NCBI RefSeq assembly: GCF_000011465.1 | Contig: NC_005072.1 | Location: 870,001 to 902,000, forward strand | Source of the DNA: Prochlorococcus marinus subsp. pastoris str. CCMP1986 | GTDB taxonomy: Bacteria; Cyanobacteriota; Cyanobacteriia; PCC-6307; Cyanobiaceae | Reading direction: 5' to 3' | DNA length: 32,000 nt | In this document: positions 26,953 through 32,000 of the stretch, one piece after another | Layout of the letters: each line of letters opens with the position of its first letter | Numbering within the stretch: position 1 is the stretch's first letter | Notes under the pieces: generated by a model | What the model was told of the DNA's origin: nothing | Databases searched by the model: none | Seen by the model: only the letters and a program-made list of their open reading frames with translations | Made by a program: the position numbers and the translations under genes

Positions 26953-28989
26953 TTATTGGTTAGAAGAAAAATTCCCACAACGTTGTTTATCAAGAAAATT
27001 GATATGTTCTCTTTCTAGGTAATATAATTCTTGAAATTTTATAGCATCAGAGTTTAAATCTTTGAATACATCTTCAATCTCTTTATTAGAATCTGTAGGT
27101 TCTAAGGAAGAATTATCGATTAAAATAGAAATACAGTTTTCCAAAGTTTTTAGTCTTTGCGAACCCCAGGATTCAATAAGATGTCTACATCTTTTTAATG
27201 ATTTATATCTTTCAAGAAGTGATAAAGTACCCAGAAGATTATGTTTAGAATTTTTTAAAGTGGTTAAAAATAATTCATCTGGATTAATAAAAGTATTGAT
27301 TTTATTTGAGACTTCTAAATCATTAAGAGCTAAATGATCAGGCAATAATGAAATCAAGTTTATTGAAGTAAATTCATTATTTAATTGTTTATTATTGGGA
27401 TCTTTCAAATCATCTAAATAATTTGCACTTAAATTATTTACTTCTATTGTTGAAATAGATTCCCAAACAAGACGAATGTATTCAGTATTGAAGATGTTAA
27501 TTTCTCTTTTAAGTAATTCTTCACGAATAAAAAGTCTATGTTCAGGGCAATGCAAATAGTAATAAATAATCTCTGATTCATTTTTTTCACGCTGACTAAC
27601 TTCACTTGGTTGTTCAAATTTTTTTGATCTACCATGCCAACGAAATCCTTTAACTTGTTTTCTTAAGTCTTCTTCAAATTTAATAGCTAATCTTGCTTGA
27701 CCCATGCTTAATCTTTCAGAGACTTTTTGCAAATAGTGAGTTCTTGTAGCAGATTGAGGAAATTTGCTTAATAACTTAACTAACGAAGAAATAACGTTCT
27801 GAAAAATATCAGATTTAGATAAGTCTTTATTATCAAAAATCTGATCAATCTCCCAATCAATCCAAAAAGAAGCATTATCTATTAAATTAAAATAGTCTTC
27901 TGGTGTATTTTCTTTAAGATACTCGTCAGGATCTTTTGATGATTTTATTTCTAGGATTTTTAAGTTTATTTGATCGTGAAGAGATAAACTTTCAACTTCG
28001 TTTATAACTCTTTTTGTAGCTAATCTTCCTGCATTATCAGAATCAAAGTTTATTATTATATTTTTACTATCAGTACATCTACAAAGTTGTGAAATCTGAT
28101 ATTTGTTTAATGCCGTTCCAAGAGAAGCGACAGAATTAGTAATTCCTTTTGAATGAAGTGAAATAACATCGAAATAACCTTCCACTACCACTGCCTTGTC
28201 TCGTTTTCTAATATTGCTGGATGCTTTATCAAAAGCAAACAACATTTTACCCTTCTCAAAAACTTCAGTTTCGGGAGAATTTAAATATTTAGGTTCCTGA
28301 CCATCAAGAGATCTGCCTCCAAAAGCAACTACACGCCCTTGCATATCAAAAATAGGAACTATCAATCTATTTCTAAAGCGATCGTAAACCTTATCAGTAT
28401 TATCCTTTGAGACAACAAGACCTGCACTTAAAATTAACTTTAAAGGAAATTTCTCAACTTTTGAAAGATAATTGAATAAATCATTCCATGAATTAGGAGC
28501 ATAACCTAATTCAAAATCATTAATATTTTTAATATTTAAATTTCGTTGTGAAGTTAAATAATGATGTGCCTCCTTACCCAAGGAATTATTTAATTGAGAC
28601 TTAAACCATTCCTTTGTTACACGAAGAATCTTATAAAGTTCCTCTCTCCTAGATAATTGTTTTTTATATATTTCTTGCTGAGGCCCATCAACATTTATTA
28701 CATTAATATCATTCTTTTTTGCAAGTGAAAGAACAACATCAGTAAAGTTATTACGAGTAAACTCCATCAAAAATTTAATAGAATTACCCCCAGCTCCACA
28801 AGAGAAACAATAATAAAATTGTTTTGCAGGAGAAACTGTCATAGATGGCTTACTATCATCATGAAAAGGGCATATACCAACAAATTCTTTTCCCTTTTTC
28901 TTTAATACAATATGTTCAGAAATAACATCTACAATATCTGCCTTATCTTTAACCTCCTGAATAGTTCTTGGATGTATGGAAGGTCCCAT
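26953..28989 (-). CDS. dnaG: DNA primase
   Basis: Zinc-binding N-terminus FVGICPFHDDSKPSMTVSPAKQFYYCFSCGAGGNSI, TOPRIM segment VVVEGYFDVISLHSKGI...LGTALNKYQ...INFDSDNAG. Confidence 0.96.
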   Translation of the reverse strand: MGPSIHPRTIQEVKDKADIVDVISEHIVLKKKGKEFVGICPFHDDSKPSMTVSPAKQFYYCFSCGAGGNSIKFLMEFTRNNFTDVVLSLAKKNDINVINVDGPQQEIYKKQLSRREELYKILRVTKEWFKSQLNNSLGKEAHHYLTSQRNLNIKNINDFELGYAPNSWNDLFNYLSKVEKFPLKLILSAGLVVSKDNTDKVYDRFRNRLIVPIFDMQGRVVAFGGRSLDGQEPKYLNSPETEVFEKGKMLFAFDKASSNIRKRDKAVVVEGYFDVISLHSKGITNSVASLGTALNKYQISQLCRCTDSKNIIINFDSDNAGRLATKRVINEVESLSLHDQINLKILEIKSSKDPDEYLKENTPEDYFNLIDNASFWIDWEIDQIFDNKDLSKSDIFQNVISSLVKLLSKFPQSATRTHYLQKVSERLSMGQARLAIKFEEDLRKQVKGFRWHGRSKKFEQPSEVSQREKNESEIIYYYLHCPEHRLFIREELLKREINIFNTEYIRLVWESISTIEVNNLSANYLDDLKDPNNKQLNNEFTSINLISLLPDHLALNDLEVSNKINTFINPDELFLTTLKNSKHNLLGTLSLLERYKSLKRCRHLIESWGSQRLKTLENCISILIDNSSLEPTDSNKEIEDVFKDLNSDAIKFQELYYLEREHINFLDKQRCGNFSSNQ

Positions 28990-29087
28990 TTATTTATTTT
29001 TCTAAAAAGAATTCCTAATAATCATTTTGTTATAGGTCAAATTTTTAAAAGAATCTACTTAATTTCACAATAAAAATATTTTTAGTA

Positions 29088-29975
29088 ATGCTTATAGAAT
29101 TTTTTAATCAAAAGAATAATTCATTTAAAAAAGTAAATTTAATATTGGCATCGTTTTTCTTCAGCCTCATGACTGTTTGCGTAAAAAAAATCGATACAAG
29201 AATACCTATATATGAATTAGTATTTTTTAGATCATTATTAAGCTTGTTCATTACCTCTATGATAATAAACAAAAAAAATTTAAATCCCTGGGGAAAGAAC
29301 AAACCATTACTAATTTTAAGGGGCATCTTAGGGACGATAGCTTTGGTTTGTATATTTTATGCTATTAAAAATATGCCTTTAAATATTTCTACTGTTATTC
29401 AATATACATACCCTATATTCATATCTATTTTTGCAGGAATTTTAATTAATGAAAAGATTAATAAAAATCTGATTATTGCATCCATAACAGGATGGTTAGG
29501 AATATTAATAATCTTAAATCCCTATCAATTATCGAGTTTAAACATTGAGTTAGATAAATTTACGGTATTAATAGCATTTCTTGGTGCTATATCAACAGCC
29601 CTAGCTTACATAACTGTAAAAAAACTATCATTAACAGAAGATATTTTCATAATAATTAAATATTTTCCTTTAATATCCGTAATAACATTATCTCCAATTG
29701 TATTTTTCAATTGGGTGACACCAAATATTAATGATTTAATTTGGATATTAGGTATAGGAATGTTTACCCAAGCTGGACAAACATTTTTAACAATTGGATT
29801 AAAGAAATTACCAACCTCAGAAGCGGCTAGGATAAATTATTTGCAAGTACTTTTTGGCTCTTTATGGGGAATCCTGTTCTTCAATGAACTAATAAATATT
29901 AACTTTATTGTTGGTGCGGTACTTGTTTTGTTAGGAACTATTATATCTACTAGCAAAAAACTAAAAAAGATTTAA
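29088..29975 (+). CDS. EamA/DMT family transporter
   Basis: Ten-TM-like hydrophobic protein with two repeats; ELVFFRSLLSLFI, VIQYTYPIFISIFAGILINEKI, NYLQVLFGSLWGILFFNELININFIVGAVLVLLGTII. Confidence 0.92.
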   Translation: MLIEFFNQKNNSFKKVNLILASFFFSLMTVCVKKIDTRIPIYELVFFRSLLSLFITSMIINKKNLNPWGKNKPLLILRGILGTIALVCIFYAIKNMPLNISTVIQYTYPIFISIFAGILINEKINKNLIIASITGWLGILIILNPYQLSSLNIELDKFTVLIAFLGAISTALAYITVKKLSLTEDIFIIIKYFPLISVITLSPIVFFNWVTPNINDLIWILGIGMFTQAGQTFLTIGLKKLPTSEAARINYLQVLFGSLWGILFFNELININFIVGAVLVLLGTIISTSKKLKKI

Positions 29976-29989
29976 AATTAAAAAAAAGT

Positions 29990-30349
29990 ATGTTTCTAAT
30001 GAAATTTTTCTTATTAGCATTTTTCAGTCTTTATCCATTTCTCCAAGTAAAAGCATCAACTCCTAAATCTGTAACATGCACTAGGACTGAATATAGGGAA
30101 GAATATATTCCCGGTACAAAATCAAGTCCTGGTTATGTAAGAAATTACGAAATTGATGTTGAAATTCCATGTGGAGGAGAAAAGGCCAAAAATATTGATG
30201 ACAATGACTGTAGTGAGGGATCAGTAATAGGCGGACTACTTGGAGCTGGAATAGCTCTCTCTTCATCTAGAGGCAAAGATAGATTTTGGGCTGTCCCAGC
30301 AGGAGGCACAGCAGGTGCTCTAATTGGATGTCAGGTGGATGGTGGTTAA
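29990..30349 (+). CDS. Hypothetical secreted protein with glycine-zipper-like segment
   Basis: N-terminal signal peptide (FFLLAFFSLYPFLQVKAS), four cysteines in the mature part, GSVIGGLLGAGIALSSSRGKDRFWAVPAGGTAGALIGCQ. Confidence 0.75.
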   Translation: MFLMKFFLLAFFSLYPFLQVKASTPKSVTCTRTEYREEYIPGTKSSPGYVRNYEIDVEIPCGGEKAKNIDDNDCSEGSVIGGLLGAGIALSSSRGKDRFWAVPAGGTAGALIGCQVDGG

Positions 30350-31009
30350 TTGATTAGTTGGATAAAGGGAGAATTAGTAAGTTCATGGCAAGCTAATAAT
30401 AAATTTTATATTTTAGTAAACTGTCAGGGATTAGGTTATGAAATTCAGACCCTAGAATCAGTATTTTTTGATATCAATTCAAATAAGATTTCTGAAAAGG
30501 AAATAATCCTCTGGCTAAAACATATAAAAAAAGAAGATTCTGATATGCTCTTTGGTTTTAGCACCAAGGACCAAAGAGATTTCTTTATTCAAATTTTAAA
30601 TATTAAAGGTATAGGCTCCCAAATCGGGATGTCTTTATTAAATAAATTTTCCTTAAATCAATTAATTACGGCAATATCTAATAATGACAAAAAATCGATT
30701 AGTACTGTTCAAGGTATTGGGCAAAAAATGACTGAACGAATAATCCTTGAGCTGAAAAGTAAGGTAATTAATAAAGAAATTGAAAAAGAGAATTTAAATA
30801 TAAATAATTTCCTAGAAAAAAATAAAGACTTAGATTCAATTTTTAAAGATATTGATTTAACACTTCAATCTTTAAACTATTCTAAGAAAGAAATTAAAAA
30901 CCTATTTCCAAAACTTATTAATAATATTAAAAATTCATCCTTAGAAAAAGAATCTATTTCTTTTGAAAATTTATTAAAAGAAGCCATGAATTATTTAGAC
31001 CATAAATAG
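30350..31009 (+). CDS. ruvA: Holliday junction branch migration protein RuvA
   Basis: TTG start; MISWIKGELVSSWQANNKFYILVNCQGLGYEIQT, HhH segments IKGIGSQIGMSLLNKF and VQGIGQKMTERIILELKSK. Confidence 0.93.
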   Translation: MISWIKGELVSSWQANNKFYILVNCQGLGYEIQTLESVFFDINSNKISEKEIILWLKHIKKEDSDMLFGFSTKDQRDFFIQILNIKGIGSQIGMSLLNKFSLNQLITAISNNDKKSISTVQGIGQKMTERIILELKSKVINKEIEKENLNINNFLEKNKDLDSIFKDIDLTLQSLNYSKKEIKNLFPKLINNIKNSSLEKESISFENLLKEAMNYLDHK

Positions 31010-31015
31010 TAGTAA

Positions 31016-31046
31016 TTTAGACCAGTAACGTAGTAATATGTCTAAA
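31016..31046 (+). repeat. Inverted repeat in the rpsO leader
   Basis: TTTAGAC (31016-31022) and GTCTAAA (31040-31046), perfect 7-bp arms, 17-nt spacer, 14 nt before the rpsO ATG. Confidence 0.6.
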
Positions 31047-31060
31047 GGTAGATAATTTTC

Positions 31061-31330
31061 ATGACTCTAGATACAGCGGAAAAACAGAAACTAATTGAAT
31101 CGCATCAAGTACATGCAACAGATACAGGATCTGTTGAGGTGCAAGTTGCTATGCTTTCTGAAAGAATTTCAAAATTAAGTGACCATCTACAGGGAAATAT
31201 TCACGATTATGCATCAAGACAGGGCCTATTAAAAATGATAGGAAAAAGAAAAAGGTTACTATCATACATAAAAGGTAAAAATCCCCAAAACTATCAAGAT
31301 CTAATTAAAAAAATTGGAATCAGAGGATGA
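31061..31330 (+). CDS. rpsO: 30S ribosomal protein S15
   Basis: [75 protein letters not shown]. Confidence 0.98.
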   Translation: MTLDTAEKQKLIESHQVHATDTGSVEVQVAMLSERISKLSDHLQGNIHDYASRQGLLKMIGKRKRLLSYIKGKNPQNYQDLIKKIGIRG

Positions 31331-31336
31331 TTTCCA

Positions 31337-31786
31337 TTGATGAAGAAAAAACAAGCTAAAAAGAAAAATCTTTCAAAAAAGAAAAAAATATCTGAGGTCG
31401 ATGCCTTTAGAAATATTGAAAAGAAAGTTCCATCATTAACCCAAAAAAGCAAACAATCTAGCGGTATACCAAAATATGTAGCTGACAGAATGGCTAGGAG
31501 AATCTTTTTTACGGCTGGAATACCAACAATTATGGGTATGTCAGTGTTTGTTATAAGTTATATAATCGTCACAAGAAATATTGCTGAAATTCCTCCTTCT
31601 TCAACAATAGCAATATCAGCATTATTCTTTTTATTAGGACTAGGGGGGTTAAGTTTTGGAATATTATCTGCTAGTTGGGATAAAGAACCAGGAAGTTTTT
31701 TTGGTATAGAAAATATCCCCTTAAATATTCAAAGAGCAAAGGCTGCATTTAAACCAGCATCTCAAAACTTTGATGAGAAAAAGTAA
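31337..31786 (+). CDS. PAM68-like photosystem II assembly protein
   Basis: IPKYVADRMARRIFFTAGIPTIMGMSVFVISYIIV ... LFFLLGLGGLSFGILSASWDKEPGSFFG. Confidence 0.85.
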   Translation: MMKKKQAKKKNLSKKKKISEVDAFRNIEKKVPSLTQKSKQSSGIPKYVADRMARRIFFTAGIPTIMGMSVFVISYIIVTRNIAEIPPSSTIAISALFFLLGLGGLSFGILSASWDKEPGSFFGIENIPLNIQRAKAAFKPASQNFDEKK

Positions 31787-31787
31787 A

Positions 31788-32000
31788 TTATGCAATCATA
31801 GATTTCAAATTTACTTGAAAAGACTTATCAGAGAGTAATTTCGAAACACCAAGAATATCTCCAACACAAAATTGATCTCCAAACTTAACATAAGTTATAG
31901 AGTCATTATTTCTAACAGCAGCTAATACTGGAATTTTAATTCCACATTTATCTCTATCTGGTTTAAATTTAACTAAACAATCTCTTATTGTGTTTTGAAT
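31788..32000 (-). CDS. dnaE: C-terminus of a probable DNA polymerase III alpha subunit (gene continues beyond the window)
   Basis: Hand translation: IQNTIRDCLVKFKPDRDKCGIKIPVLAAVRNNDSITYVKFGDQFCVGDILGVSKLLSDKSFQVNLKSMIA*; resembles the cyanobacterial DnaE tail, but only 70 aa are visible. Confidence 0.5.
   Translation of the reverse strand: MQNTIRDCLVKFKPDRDKCGIKIPVLAAVRNNDSITYVKFGDQFCVGDILGVSKLLSDKSFQVNLKSMIA

Noticed and set aside
27062-27635. ORFs 27062..27337 (+) and 27444..27635 (-, alternate frame) in dnaG
   Set aside because: Contained within the continuous DnaG C-terminal frame; no recognisable product.
29108-30266. ORFs 29108..29326 (-) and 30081..30266 (+, alternate frame)
   Set aside because: Overlap the EamA transporter and the glycine-zipper gene respectively, with no homology features.
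1-32000. CRISPR array, transposase/IS, prophage, toxin-antitoxin, restriction or retron-like systems, tRNA/rRNA genes
   Set aside because: Looked for spaced repeats, characteristic protein motifs and cloverleaf-like sequences; none seen. The window reads as core chromosome with recognisable housekeeping genes.

Overview
This 32 kb window is very AT-rich and densely coding. Its gene content (psb28, a GUN4-family protein, a PAM68-like protein, a DUF3082-like protein, a DUF6439-like protein) and compact gene packing look like a marine picocyanobacterial chromosome, most likely a high-light Prochlorococcus or close relative (inference from content and composition, no database search). About 34 protein-coding genes can be supported. 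They include ilvA (5' truncated), scpB, yggT, a MazG-like pyrophosphohydrolase, pyk, an ABC permease, bioY, lspA, a DUF697-type GTPase, a PLP decarboxylase, tadA, a serine-glyoxylate type aminotransferase, glnA, a methyltransferase, an anti-sigma kinase, gun4, mnmH, psb28, an AI-2E family transporter, secF/secD, pdhB, ispE, rsmA, rlmH, umuD/umuC, a small HExxH protein, dnaG, an EamA transporter, ruvA, rpsO, pam68 and the end of a probable dnaE. I found no tRNA, rRNA, CRISPR, transposase or prophage. I do not see a convincing large undescribed system; this is mostly ordinary core chromosome. The best leads are: (i) a small HExxH (zincin-like) ORF directly behind umuDC and downstream of a LexA-like operator; (ii) an unlisted 31-aa membrane microprotein ORF between pdhB and a DUF3082-like gene; (iii) an NtcA-type promoter for glnA with exact GTTN8TAC-N22-TAN3T geometry; (iv) an inverted repeat in the rpsO leader; (v) a pyruvate kinase C-terminal swivelling-like domain without the expected histidine signature.
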